From NCBI GenBank assembly GCA_009914755.4, contig CP086569.2, forward strand, positions 1,248,001 through 1,312,000: 64,000 bases of DNA. Reading direction: 5' to 3'. Under the pieces are notes generated by a model. The model saw only the letters and a list, made by a program, of their open reading frames with translations, did no database searches and had not been told where the DNA came from. A program made the position numbers and the translations under genes. Each line of letters opens with the position of its first letter. The stretch's first letter is position 1. Positions 28,085 through 45,179 of the stretch are shown here, one piece after another. The stretch is from the human T2T-CHM13v2.0 reference genome, Homo sapiens.

Positions 28085-28680
28085 TGAGATCATCCTGGAG
28101 TAGGGTGTCCCCTAAATCCAATGACAGGTGTCCTTCTAAGAGACAGAAGAGGAGACAGACACAGAGGAGAAGGCCACGTGGAGACGGAGGCAGAGACTGG
28201 AGTGATGCGGCCACAAGCCCAGGGACGCCTGGAGCCCCCAGGAGCTGGAAGAGGCGGGAAGGATCCTCCCCTAGAGCCTCTCAGAAAGAATCAAACACAA
28301 CTGCAATGGGTTGGGTGGTGACGTCCAAAAGATCTGTCCAAGTCCTAAGCCCCAGAACCTGGGAATGGGACCTCATTTGGATAAAGTTTCTTTGCAGATG
28401 TAATTAAGGATCTGGAGATGGGATCATCCTGGAGTAGGGTGGGCCCTAAATGCAATGGCAGGTGTCCTTCTAAGAGACAGAAGAGGAGACACACAGAGGA
28501 GAAGGCCACGTGGAGATGGAGGCAGAGACTGGAGTGATGCGGCTACAAGCCCAGGGACACCCGGAGCCCCCAGGAGCTGGGAGAGGCAGGAAGGATCCTC
28601 CCCTAGAGCCTCCAGAGGGAGCACAGCCCTGAGATGCCTTGATCTCAGACTTCCGGTCTGCAGGACAGGGAGAGGATAAA
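28085..28680 (+). repeat. Two tandem copies of a related MaLR-type LTR fragment ('...caatgacaggtgtccttctaagagacagaagaggagacagacacagaggagaaggccacgtggagacggaggcagagactggagtgatgcggccacaagcccagggacgcctggagcccccaggagctggaagaggc'). Further copies are at 40430-40700 and 41460-42030.
   Basis: Direct sequence comparison among 28085-28400, 28425-28680, 41465-41700 and 41800-42030. The architecture parallels THE1/MST LTRs (....ggtaaaatgaggtcatttgggtgg...ccagcctccaggactgtgggagaatcaatgtctgttgtttataa.ccacc). Confidence 0.65.
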
Positions 28681-28800
28681 TAGCAAGCTGTGAGTTGCAT
28701 GAGGGGAAAGAAGGGGCGGGAGAGTGTGCGGTGGGAAGTCTCCAGAGCTGTTTTCCCCCAGCTGCGAGGAGAAGGTGCTCTTTCAGGGCTCATGATTTTA

Positions 28801-29100
<300 letters not shown>

Positions 29101-29291
29101 TCAGCATTTCTGTCTCTGCAGATCTGGCAAATCAGAAGCACAGCTATCATGATGTCCTGCAGGAGGAGCTGTAGGGTGGTTATGTTTTGTTTTTTTAAAA
29201 ACTAGAAAAGCATCCAGGAACCTCCGGGGGAGGGGTGTGGAGGTCCCCAGCACCTGTGCCCACAGGCCTGGCCGCTGTCGGATGGTGCTGA

Positions 29292-29553
<262 letters not shown>

Positions 29554-29817
29554 TGATCCACCCGCCTCAGCCTCCCAGACGGCTGGGATTCCAGGCGTGA
29601 GCCTGGGCATGTGGCCCAGGCGTCTCCTGTCAATCCGTCCTGGCCTCAGCAGCTGCCACCTGGAAGTTCTCCTTCAAGTCTAACCTAAGGCCGCCCTGTG
29701 ACGGCTCTCGGGTCAGTTCCTTCTGTGACCTCGGCACCGTGGATGCCCATGAATGCTGATCTCGGCTGTTCCCCATCTCCACTCCCCTCCCGTCTCGGCT
29801 GTTTGCACTGATGATAA

Positions 29818-32290
<2,473 letters not shown>

Positions 32291-32364
32291 AGCCATGCCC
32301 TCTGTCTAGAAAGAGATGCTGCAGTCTGGAAAAGGTTAGCAGGGTGAACAGGAGGAGGGCTCAC

Positions 32365-32508
32365 CTGCTGCGAAGTGGATCTGCACTGCCTGCGGTCCGG
32401 GGGGTTGGAAGTGGGCGGCCAGCTCGATAATGTCTGGGAGGTCAAACACAGTCACCTGCATACGAGGGTACTCACGGGCCAGCTCTCGGGCCAGTGCACC
32501 CGTGCAGC
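32365..32508 (-). CDS. ASMTL: ASMTL exon 11 (144 bp, (G)CTGALARELAREYPRMQVTVFDLPDIIELAAHFQPPGPQAVQIHFAA(G)).
   Basis: ORF 32336..32578(-). The acceptor is ccccacag|GCTGC and the donor is GCA G|gtgagcc. It carries the SAM-binding GxGxG-like motif (DVGGCTGALA spanning exons 10 and 11). Confidence 0.92.
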
Positions 32509-33373
32509 CTGTGGGGAAGCAAATGCATGCTCTGTGGCTGGGTCGTCTATGGAACTCTGACGACTCTCCAAAGCTCAACTGGGGCAGAAGTAATGTTCAA
32601 GGGCATGGCATTGATTCCCATGCTGGAAGGGAAAGCCAGTGGTGGGGAGCTCGCTGGTATCCCAGACAAGACTGTACAAGCAGGTGAGTGTGGGGGCACA
32701 GACCTGCAGGGAAATCCTTCCAGCCCAGGGGTGGAGGGCTGTACTCCCTTCTCCTTCCTGCCGTGGGGATGTAGACACAATGGCCGGTGCTACAGCAGCC
32801 ACTCTGGGCCACGTGTAGGGGGCACAGACCTACAGGGAAATCCTTTCTGCCCAGGGGTGGGAGCTGTACTCCTCCCTTCTCCTTCCTGCCATGGGGATGC
32901 AGACACGATGGCTGGTGCTACAGCAGCCACTCTGGACCACAAGGAGGAGAGGTATTCAGAGGTTGGGGAAATGTAAGCTGATGGTGTGAGAATCGTCCCA
33001 GGCCCCGATCCCCCAGCAGCCCTTGGGAATGTGTCTACTGCTCCACCCACTGTCCAGGGCTGGGGTGGGGTGGAGGGTGAGTCAGGATATAATCAGACTT
33101 GCTGAGGGGAATCCAGGGGTTCCAAGGTGCTCTGCCTCAGCTCCGCAGCCAAAAGAGAGGGCCCCGGAGTTTCTAGGGGGGCATTTAGGCATCCCCGGGG
33201 TCCTCCTGGAACTTGGGAATATCCACCCATGATCTGGGACTCAGCCTGGCCCGGTTCAGGTCGTTATCAGGTTTGTCAATGGAAAAAGGCAGTTGGTAGG
33301 TGTCCTGAGCAGGGAAGATACCTGTGGCTTAATAAACGAAAGTAAGGAGAGCCCTGGCGGGGGGGCCACCCAC

Positions 33374-33506
33374 CTCCCACGTCGCAGGCGGAGGAGAAGC
33401 GGGACAGATTGAAGGCCGTGGCCACCTGGCACGCAGTCAGCTTCGTCATGCTGTGCATGGCCCGCATGAACCTCAGCCGCGTCTCCGGGCTCTGGTAGTA
33501 CGCATC
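33374..33506 (-). CDS. ASMTL: ASMTL exon 10 (133 bp, DAYYQSPETRLRFMRAMHSMTKLTACQVATAFNLSRFSSACDVG(G)).
   Basis: ORF 33276..33515(-). The acceptor is gtgttccag|GATGCG and the donor is GGA G|gtgggtgg. Confidence 0.92.
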
Positions 33507-34279
33507 CTGGAACACAGCAGGTGCTTAGGGGCACCAGAGAACACGGGGCGAGGGCTCGCCCAGCCTCTCCCTGGGGGTCGGGGGGAGAAGTGCAGGGCTC
33601 CAGAGCGTGGGGGCTCAGCCGCACCTGGGCTGCAGAGCGGGCTTCATGCCACAGCTGTGTGGGCTACTCCTGTCTGTGTGGGGGCTGGGCTGGCTGGGGA
33701 CAGAGGACCCCAAAGTGGTGGACGATCTCCTTGGAATCACTTGGTCCACACCACAGCCTGAACTCCAAGCGTCTGACTTTCGCAGTAGGCTTTTCACAAT
33801 AAAGCTTTTCACCCTGGAGGCTCCGGGTGGCCCACAAACACCTCACTGGAGAAAACCAGGAGAGAAGCCACAATGTCTCTGCAGGTGCCCCGGCTCAGCC
33901 TTCACCACAATGGTGCGGTGTGCAGAGGGGGCTCCTCCGAGAATTCTGGTGTGCAGAGGAGAAGCTCCTCCGAGCTTCTCCAAGTCCCCCCAGTGGCACC
34001 TACCCTGGGTCCCAGAGGAGCCCAGGCTCATCCTGGCTCAGTGCTGTGTCCAGGGTTCGCCTGGACATCCCGTCCCTGCAGGGCAAGCAAGCCCAGCTGA
34101 GGATGCTTCTGAGCCCCGCTCCCAGCAGGACAGCCGGTCTCCATCCTGGCTCCCTAAATCTCGCGGGGGCTCCCCGGCCCTCCCCTGCGTGGGTGGCAAT
34201 CATGGGGCTCAGGGATCTGTCCTCTGCGATGCCCACGCTGGCTGCTCACGCCAGCTCAGGGCCCCTGTCCGTGCCTCTT

Positions 34280-34850
34280 GGCTTCTCCACCACTGGCTTC
34301 TCTCTCTGACTCTTTCTCCCTTGGTCTCTGTCTGTCTGTCTCTGTCTCCGTCTGTGTGTCTCTGTCTTCCTCTTTCTCTCTCTCTGTTTCTGTCTCCTGT
34401 CTCTGTTTCTTTCTATCTCCCTCTGTCTCTGTCTCTATCTCTATGTCTGTCTCCTGTTTCTGTCTCTATCTGCCTCTATCTCTGTCTCTCCAAGCCTCCC
34501 TGTCTCTGTCTCCCATCTCCCTCTATGTGTCTGTCTGTCTCCATCTTTGTTTCTGTCTCCCTATCTCTGTCTCCGCCTCCCTCTGTCTCTCAAGTCTCCC
34601 TGTCTCTCCATCTCTCTCCCTATCTCACTATCTGTCTCCCATCTCCGTGTCTGTCTCACTCTATCTCTGTCTCTGTCTTTCTGTCTCCCTGTTTCTGTCT
34701 CCCTCTGTCTCCCTCTATCTCCCTGTCTCTGTCTGCCTCCATCTCTGTCTGTCTCTGTCTCCCTCTATCTTTCTGTCTGCCTATCTCTCTCTCTGTCTCC
34801 CTGTCTGTATGTCTCTCCCCAACATCTGCAGGAAGCCCCCGGCTCCCTGG
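34280..34850 (+). repeat. (TCTCTG)/(CTGTCTC)n pyrimidine-rich simple repeat of about 570 bp in ASMTL intron 9.
   Basis: 'ctctgtctgtctctgtctccgtctgtgtgtctctgtcttcctctttctctctctctgtttctgtctcc...'. Confidence 0.8.
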
Positions 34851-35359
34851 GGCTCATCTCTGCATCACACACACACACCCTGACTCCGTGCTCACTGCCA
34901 CAGAAGCTCGGCCAGCGCTGCCAAGGAGGCATGAGGCCACGGCCAGCCGAGCCCACAGCAGACTCCCCACGCCTGGCTGGCACAGCCCTGCAGACCGAGA
35001 CCCACCCATCTGCACAGGCCCCACGGACCCCACCATATCTCACACGTCCACCTCAGGAAGGTTCTGGGCGGGGAAAGGGGAAGGAGGGGCGAGAGGATGC
35101 AGGGAGCGCTTTGCAAACAGCGGCCTCAGATAAGCAAGTGTCAGTTCCATTGAAGCAAAGAAGAAACAGGGCATTCATTTAAGGCAGCCTGTCCAACTCC
35201 TTCCTATTTCTATTTTTCAGACAGAGTCTTGTTCTGTCACCCGGGCTGGAGTGCAGCAGCACCATCACGGCTTACACTGCAGCCTTGACCTCCCAGGTTC
35301 AAGTGATCTTCCCACCCACCTGGGCCTCCCAAAGTAGCTGCCTAATCATACCTGGCTAA

Positions 35360-35488
<129 letters not shown>

Positions 35489-36062
35489 TGAGTAGCTGGG
35501 ACTACAGGCACGCGCCATCATCCCCAGCTAATTTTTTTTTTGTATTTTTAGTAGAGATGGGGTTTCAGCATGTTGGCCAGGTTGGTCTCGCACTCCTGAC
35601 CTCAGGTGATCAGCCCACCTTGGCCTCCCAAGCTAGCTGGGATTACAGGCTCATGCCACCATGCCCAGCCTAACTGTTAATTTTTTGTAGAGATGGGGGT
35701 CTCACTATGTTGCCCAGGCTGGTCTCAAACTCCCGGGCTCAAATCATCCTCCCAACTTGGCCTCCCAAAGTGCTGGGAGTGACAGGTGTGAGCCCCTGAG
35801 CATGGCCTTCAAACCTGTTTCTAGGAGGAAATTCTATTTTCATCAGCTGCTGGATAACAGTGGAGGATGTCTAAGTTGCACCTGTTCCAGGGCTGAGTGA
35901 CACAAGAGCCACGGCACTAAGTTCTCCAGGCAGAACGAGCCAAGCCTTTGGGATCTGTCAGACTGGAGACAGACTGGTCAAGGTGCCTACTGATCTGTGT
36001 GTCAAAGTGTTTTAGCAAAATGCACGCTAGACGGAAAGGTGTCCGCGGGGGTGTTATGCTAC

Positions 36063-36247
36063 CTGGAACAGATCTTCCGCCTTCTTCCCCAACGCCCTGT
36101 GGTGCTGGTTTGTTCCCTCTCGGATGGCAAACTCCAGGTATGTAAAGAGGTTCCATGTGAGGTCATTATTGTGCATGATGAAGCCGTGCAGAGAGTATTC
36201 GCCATCCGATGCCAGGTGGACGTTCGCTGTCTCTGTGTTACTGTAAC
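36063..36247 (-). CDS. ASMTL: ASMTL exon 9 (185 bp, (G)YSNTETANVHLASDGEYSLHGFIMHNNDLTWNLFTYLEFAIREGTNQHHRALGKKAEDLFQ).
   Basis: I translated the reverse complement of 36063-36247 by hand, because no ORF-track entry starts here. The acceptor is ttctccag|GTTAC and the donor is CAG|gtagca. It is homologous to ASMT ...HLADAVREGRNQYLETFG.PAEELF. Confidence 0.88.
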
Positions 36248-37318
36248 CTGGAGAAATGGGGACAGTCGTGTGACCTCCTAACGAGAAAACCCAAGGAAAC
36301 CTGACCGTAGGGGATGTATCATTGAGATGTTAAAATAAACATCACCCATCTGACTATAGCAAACCGTACACTCAAGGAAACCTGACCATAGGGGATGCAT
36401 CATTGAGATGTTAAAATAAACATCATCCATCTGACTATAGCAAACTGTACACTCAGGGTCAGCTGGGCAGGAAAACAGCAGCCACCACGCCCCAGCTGTC
36501 AACTGCTGTAACTGTTACCCACTGAGGCTGATCCTTTCTTCATGATCGTGGCCACGCTCAAGTTCCCAGTTATGCAGGCAAACACCCATCTAGATGTGGC
36601 TGTGGAGGTGTGCTGTAGCTGGCGTTTGCATCTACCATCAGTTTGACTTTAAGGAGATTAACCCCCCAAAATGTGCATTGGCCTCATCCAGCTCATTGAA
36701 AACCCCAGAAGCAAACATTGGGCTTTCCTGGAGGAGAAATTCCACTTGAAGATGGCAGCAGCAGCTCCTGCCTGAGCTTCCAGCCTCCTGGCCTGCCCTG
36801 TGGATTTTGGACTTGCCAGCCTACACAATCACGTAAGTCCTCAAGATAAATCTCCTAGGTTATATCCTAGGGGTTCTGTTACCCTGGAGAGCCCCAAATG
36901 ATACAGGGAACTTCATTCTCCACCCACTTCATGCCCAGGTCAGCTGTCCATAGACCCAGTCCCCAAGCTCCCTTCCAGGATGCCCCCTCCCACAGAATGG
37001 GAGGCTGGAAGGTGGAGAAGTTGTTGGTGGAGACCCGTATATGGAAACAGATGGCCTCGCACCACTCCGGTCCTCCTATGTAAGAAACAGCCCTGTGTTC
37101 ATGTTAATGATGAAATGTTACTGTTTTCCCACCGAGCTGACCCTGAGTGTACGGTTTGCTATAGTCAGATAGATGACATTTATTTTCATCATGAATAAAT
37201 GATGAGACCTATGGTGAAGCAGGAGCAGCCTCTGCAGACGTGGAACTGCTCCTAGGACTCAACTGCACAAAGCGTTGTCAAAAGGAGTTGGAACAAGCTT
37301 GCATGGTGCCGGTGATGA

Positions 37319-37562
<244 letters not shown>

Positions 37563-37924
37563 TAGCCAGGATGGTCTTGATCTCCTGAACTCGTGATCTG
37601 CCTGCCTTGGCCTCCCCAAGTGCTGGGATTACAGGCGTGGCCTATTCATCATTATTTTCAATACGGGAGAATGGTCCTGAACTGCTCTGGCTGGGGAAGA
37701 TGTTCTGGCTTCTATGTTCCAGCCTCTAAGGATATAGTCACATGTCTCTGTGGTAAGGGCACAGCCTTTGGAGCCTCAACCAGGGCATGCTTTGTCTCCT
37801 AATCACAGAAGCACAGCCACCTCTGCCCAGGTGTCATCTGTTGTCCTGCCCTTCCCAGGCTACTCAAGGACTTGGTCATGTGCTCTCTATTCTAGCACCA
37901 TGCTGAAGAGTTCTGTTCAATTCA

Positions 37925-39560
37925 GAAAACACATTGTCATCCATCCATCCATCCACCCACTCACCCACCCATCCAGTTATCCACTCACCCACCCATCTAG
38001 TCATCCACCCACCCATCTGCTGATCCACCCATTCATCACTCATCTATGCATTCCCCCACCCATCCAATCCACCGATCCACCCATCTACCCACTCATCCAT
38101 CCATTCCCCCACCCAGCTACCCATCCAGCAATCCACTGATACATCTATCCATCCATCCTCCCATCCATCCGTCCACCCACCCATCCATCTATTCACCCAC
38201 CCTCCCAATCATCCACCCAGCCATGCACCCATCCATCCACTCATCCATCCATTCACACGCCCACCCATCCACATGCCCACTCATCCATCCATCCACCTAC
38301 CCATCCATCTATTCACCCATCCACTGATGGATCCACTGATCCATGCACCCATGCATGCATCCATACATCCACATCCATTTATCCATTCATTCCCCCACCC
38401 ATCCAATCACTCATCCATCCATCTGTCCATCCATCCATCCATCCACCCACCCACCTACCCATCCATCCACCCATCCACTGATGGATCCACTGATCCATCC
38501 ACCCATGCATGCATCCATCCATCCACATCCATTTATCCATTCATTCCCCCACCCATCCAATCACTCATCCATCCATCCATCCACCCACCCACCCACCCAT
38601 CTGTTCACCCACCCTCCCCATCATCCACCCAGCCATGCACCCGTCCATCCATTCATGCACTCATCCACATGCCCACTCATCCATCCACCCATCCAACCAC
38701 CCACCTACCCATTCATCCATCCATTCCCCCACCCAGCTACCCAACCACCGATCCACTGATATATCTGTTCATCCACCCTCCCATCCATCTGTCCACCCAC
38801 CCATCCGTCTATTCACCCACACTCCCAATCATCCACCCAGCCGTGCACCCATCCATCCACTCATCCATCCATTCACACGCCCACCCATCCACACGCCCAC
38901 TCATCCATCTATCCACACATCTATCCACTCACCCATCCATCCACACATCCATCCATCCATCCATCTGTCCGTCCATCCATCCATCCAGCCACCCATCCAC
39001 TCACCCACTTATCCATCCACCCATCCATCCACTTACCCACCCATCTATGCACTCATCCACCGATTCATCGATCCATCCATCCATCTACCCACCTTTATCC
39101 ATCCAGTCATCCACCCATCCATCCACACATCCTTCCATTCACACATCCATCCATCTATCCACTCACCCACTCATCCATCCACCCATCCATCCACTTACCC
39201 ACCCATCTACCCACCCTTCCATTTATCCATCCACCTCTCCATCCATCCATCTATCCATCCACCCACCCACCCATCCATCCACCCATCCACTGATCCACCA
39301 ATCCATCCACCTTCCCATCCATGTATCTATCCATCCATTGATCAATCCATCTGTCCATCCATCCATCCATCCATCCCTCCTCCCATCCATCTATCCACCT
39401 ACCATCCATCCATCCATCCATCCATCCTTCCTCCCATCTATCCACCTACCATCCATCCATCCATCTATCCATCCATCCATTTATATATCAACTCTACCCA
39501 TCATCTATGTATCTGTCATCTCTCTATCGTCAATCTATATCAATGTATCTATGCATTTAT
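37925..39560 (+). repeat. (CCATCCA/CACCCAT)n minisatellite of about 1.6 kb in ASMTL intron 8. It is the inverse-complement sequence type of the GGAT arrays at 11440-12250 and 19500-23395.
   Basis: 'catccatccatccacccactcacccacccatccagttatccactcacccacccatc...'. It generates the 433-445-aa HPSIHP-type plus-strand ORFs. Confidence 0.85.
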
Positions 39561-39928
39561 CATCTATCTATGTATCTGTCTACCCATCCATCTACGTTAT
39601 TTGTCTATAAAAATAAATAAGCAACTAAATCAATGTCTGTGTACACCGTATTGGGTTCTGTTTCTCAGGAGAACATGGACTGATACAGCCCCTTTGAGAC
39701 TAGAGCCCATAAGGAGGTCACGCTTCTCCTATGTGCTCGCGGCTGCCACTGTTCCCTCTCTGTCATTCACCCTCTGCTTCTCAACCTTTCGGGAAAAGCA
39801 GCATTCCTGAGGGCAGAGGGACAGAAGGTGTGGGCCTCCTTCCTCGCTCTGCCCAGGCTCCAGGTCACCTTCCCTCAGTGACTTCCACCTGCAAAGATCC
39901 TCAGAGCAAAACCCGCTGGGTCCTGTCA

Positions 39929-40091
39929 CCTTGCTCTGTCTTCTCCAGGAGCCCCATGGCAGCACAGATGTCCAGAAGCCTCTCCATTCCACACGCAGAG
40001 GCGTCCACTTTGCTGGCAATATCCGCAGCCTTCTGGGGTGCTTCATCTTTTAACAAATCGAACACCTTCAGTTTGCAAGCGGTGAGCAGGC
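39929..40091 (-). CDS. ASMTL: ASMTL exon 8 (163 bp, GLLTACKLKVFDLLKDEAPQKAADIASKVDASACGMERLLDICAAMGLLEKTEQ(G)). This is the start of the ASMT-like domain.
   Basis: I translated the reverse complement by hand. The acceptor is tttaacag|GGCCTG and the donor is CAA G|gtgacagg. The length fits the frame exactly. Confidence 0.88.
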
Positions 40092-41246
40092 CCTGTTAAA
40101 AGCAAGTGCAGAGAGACTCATTAAGTCCCTTGTCCAGTACTTTCTACTCCCACAGACTCAAAAGATGGAGGCCAACGCTGTCGGAAGTATACAACTTGGC
40201 CATTGAGCCTTCTTTCACAGAGAACGGTGGGGATTTATAGGATCAAGTCCCCAGCTATAAAACAAGGTGTACACAAGGAAAAAGCACATCAACGAATATC
40301 ATGCAGAAAAACTAGCCCATGGGAGAAAAATCAACATGCTGCCGATATGGACTGAGTTCAAAACCCAGATGTTGAACTCCTAATCCCCCCAGTCCCTCAG
40401 GATGTGACTGTATTTGTAGGCAGGGTTTTAAAGAAGTGATTCAGGTAAAATGAGGTCATTTGGGTGGACCCTAATCCAATAGGACTGGGGTCCCTATAAG
40501 AAAAGGAGATGAGGACACAGACACACACACAGGGACGACCCTGTGAGGACACAGGGAGAAGACAGCATCTCCAAGCCCAGGAGAGAGGCCTCAGGAGGAA
40601 CCAGCCCTGCCCACACGTTGATCTTGGACCTCCAGCCTCCAGGACTGTGGGAGAATCAATGTCTGTTGTTTATAAACCACCTGGTGGTGATTTAATAATC
40701 ACCACTTGGTAAATTAGAGGCACAGACGGAATGTGCTGTAACCACCTTTATTCCTTATTCACTGCATGTTCTCTCTCCTGATGATGAATGGCAGGAGGTG
40801 TCATCAGCCCGTCTCCCTGTCTCCCAAAGCCTGCGTCCCTCCTGCACCCGACATCCCCACCTCTGCTTCCCGGAGGACGCCCTGTGAGGGACCCCTGGTG
40901 TTGGGAGGGCTGCATCCCTTCTAGGCTGCCACCGTGAGGGGCCCCTGAACAGAACAGCTGAAAGATGGGGCCTCAGGCCGGGCGCGCTGGCTCACGCCTG
41001 TAATCCCAGCACTTTAGGAGGCCGAGGCGGGTGGATCAGCTGAGGTCAGGAGTTCGAGACCATCCTGGCCAACATAGCGAAACCCTGTCTCTACTAAAAG
41101 TACAAAAATTAGCCGGGCTTGGTGGTGGGCGCCTGTAATCAGGAGGCTACTCCTGAGGCTACTCAGGATCTCCTCTTGAGATTCTTAATTACATCTGCTA
41201 AGACCCCTTTTTAAAACAAGGTCCCATTCACAGATTCTGGGGATCA

Positions 41247-41495
<249 letters not shown>

Positions 41496-42138
41496 TCAAA
41501 ATCCAATGACAGGTGTCCTTCTAAGAGACAGAAGAGACACAGACACAGAGGAGAAGGCCACGTGGAGACAAAGGCAGAGACTGGAGTGATACGGCCACAA
41601 GCCCAGGGATGCCTGGAGCCCCCAGGAGCTGGGAGAGGCAGGAAGGACCCTCCCCTGGGGCCTCCAGAAGGAACTGGATACATCTGTAGTGGACTGAACT
41701 GTGGTCCTCCTGAAAGATCTGTCCATATCCTGATCCCCAGAATCTGTGAATGGGACCTTGTTTTAAAAAGGGGTCTTGGCAGATGTAATTAAGAATCTCA
41801 AGAGGAAATCATCACGAAGAAGGGTGGACTCCAAGTCCAATGACAGGTGTCCTTCTAAGAGACAGAGGAGGAGACACAGACACAGTGGATGAGGCCACGT
41901 GGAGGACGTGGCAGAGACTGGAGTGATGCGGCCACAAGCCCAGGGATGCCTGGAGCTGTCAGGAGCTGGGAGAGGCAGGAAGGACCCTCTCCTAGAACCT
42001 TCGGAGAAAGCATGGCCCTGAGACAACCTGACCTCAGACTGCCAGCCTCCAGGACAGTGAGAAGTAAATTCCCTTTGATTTAAGCCGAGTGTGTAGGCTC
42101 ATTTGTGAAATGCGGCCTGAGGAGACAGACACAGGTAC

Positions 42139-42526
42139 CTTGGATAGCATAAAGCCCTCAATCAGCTCCAGGAGGCGTGTCGGGAACGGAGGCAGGGTCT
42201 CCCGAGTCCTGTGACACTCAGCCTCTGCCGTGGCCTGTCCCGCCTCTCCCGCCTCGGCCTTCTCATCGCGGCTGCCCGCGTCCCTCTGAGTGGGCTCCGA
42301 GCCGCCCCCCTCCACGTCACTGAGGTCTTCGAAGGTGTCCGCGGCCGGGATGGGGTCGTGCTTGACACTCCGCCGCAGGTCCTCCGGACGGGGCGGGTAG
42401 TAGAGCTTCACCAGCTGCTTGCAGAAGTGGTTCAGCGGGAATCCCACCACGTTCAGAAAGTCCCCGTGTACGGACTCCACCAGCATGCCGCCCAGGGCCT
42501 GGATCCCGTAGCCGCCAGCTTTGTCC
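42139..42526 (-). CDS. ASMTL: ASMTL exon 7 (388 bp, (M)DKAGGYGIQALGGMLVESVHGDFLNVVGFPLNHFCKQLVKLYYPPRPEDLRRSVKHDPIPAADTFEDLSDVEGGGSEPTQRDAGSRDEKAEAGEAGQATAEAECHRTRETLPPFPTRLLELIEGFMLSK). It contains the end of the Maf domain plus the acidic linker.
   Basis: ORF 42034..42558(-). The acceptor is cacccag|GGACAAAGC and the donor is AAG|gtacctgt. The Maf signature GGYGIQ is present. Confidence 0.92.
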
Positions 42527-42763
42527 CTGGGTGGGCAGGGGAAGGTAAGAGGTGACAAGGAGGAGAAAAGTTCCTGGGTCTGAACATTTCACGGCTGGGA
42601 GGCGGAGGTGGGTGGATCACGAGGTCGGGAGATCGAGGCCATCCTGGCTAACACAGTGAAACCCTGTCTCTACTAAAAAAAATACAAAAAATTAGCCAGG
42701 CGTGGGGGCAGGCGCCTTTGGCATCTCAAAAAAAAAAAAAAAAGAAAAACAATTTCACAGCAA

Positions 42764-43121
<358 letters not shown>

Positions 43122-43265
43122 TCATCATTAAATCAAGCCAATTATCCCATTCAGCATCTCATCTACGAATTGTGTGTGTGTGTGTAGGGAGAAGACTTCA
43201 GATCTAGTGTGCTGGCAATTTACCAGTAAGACACTGTTCCTGTAAACCACAGTCACAGGCTGTAA

Positions 43266-43539
<274 letters not shown>

Positions 43540-43892
43540 TGATGCGCCTGCCTCGGCCCCCCAAAGTGCTGGGATTACAGGTGTGAACCACCACGTCTGG
43601 CCCTCTTTTCTCTTTCTTATTTTATCTATTTTTTTTTTTCAAGACAGGGTCTCACTCGGTTGCTCAGGCTGAAGTGCAGTGGTACATTCTTGGTTCTCTG
43701 CTCCCTCAAAATTCTGGGCTCAAATGATGCTGTAATCTCAGCCTCCCACGTAGCAGGGACACACTCAGCTAGTTTTATCATTTTTTATAAAGATGGGGTT
43801 TCACTCTGTTGCCCAGGCTGGTCTCGAACTCCTGGGATGAAGTGATCCTCCCGTCTTGGCTTGAGCTACTGTGCCCGGCCTGTCTTTCTTTA

Positions 43893-44258
<366 letters not shown>

Positions 44259-44389
44259 TCATTAAATCAAGCCAATTATCCCATCGAGCACCTCATGTAC
44301 CTATTCTGTGTGTGTGGGGAGAAGACTTCAGATGTAGTGTGCTGGCAATTTTCCAGTAAGACACTGTTCCTGTAAACCACAGTCACTAG

Positions 44390-44720
<331 letters not shown>

Positions 44721-45179
44721 TGATTTAAATCTTGTATCCTTTGACCAAGTGCAACTGTTTTATATTCCATATAAGTGAGATCCTGTGGTATGTGTCTTCT
44801 TCTGCCGGGCTTATTTCAATTGATGTAAAATCCTCTAGGTTAATATACATATATATTACGCAGACTCCATCTCTACAAAAACTAACAATAAAATCGGCCG
44901 CGTGTGTTGGTGCGTGTCCTGTGGTCCCACCTACTCAGGAGGCTTTGGTGGAAGGATCGCCTGAGCCCAGGAGTTCAAGACCAGCCTGGGCAACATAGTG
45001 AGACCCCATTGCTACAAAAAATAGAAAAAATTAGCCAGGCGTGGTGGTATGCGTCTGCAGACCCAGCCACTAGTGGGGCTGAGGTGAGAGGATCATTTTG
45101 ACTCAAGAGGTTGACGCTGCAGTGAGCTATGACTGTACCACTGCACTCCAGCCTGGGTGACAGAGTGAGACCGTGTCTC

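Noticed and set aside
33607-35133. The 508-aa plus-strand ORF.
   Set aside because: It runs antisense through ASMTL exon 10 and then through the (TCTCTG)n simple repeat at 34280-34850. The Ser/Leu-rich tail is low complexity, and the real coding strand here is minus.
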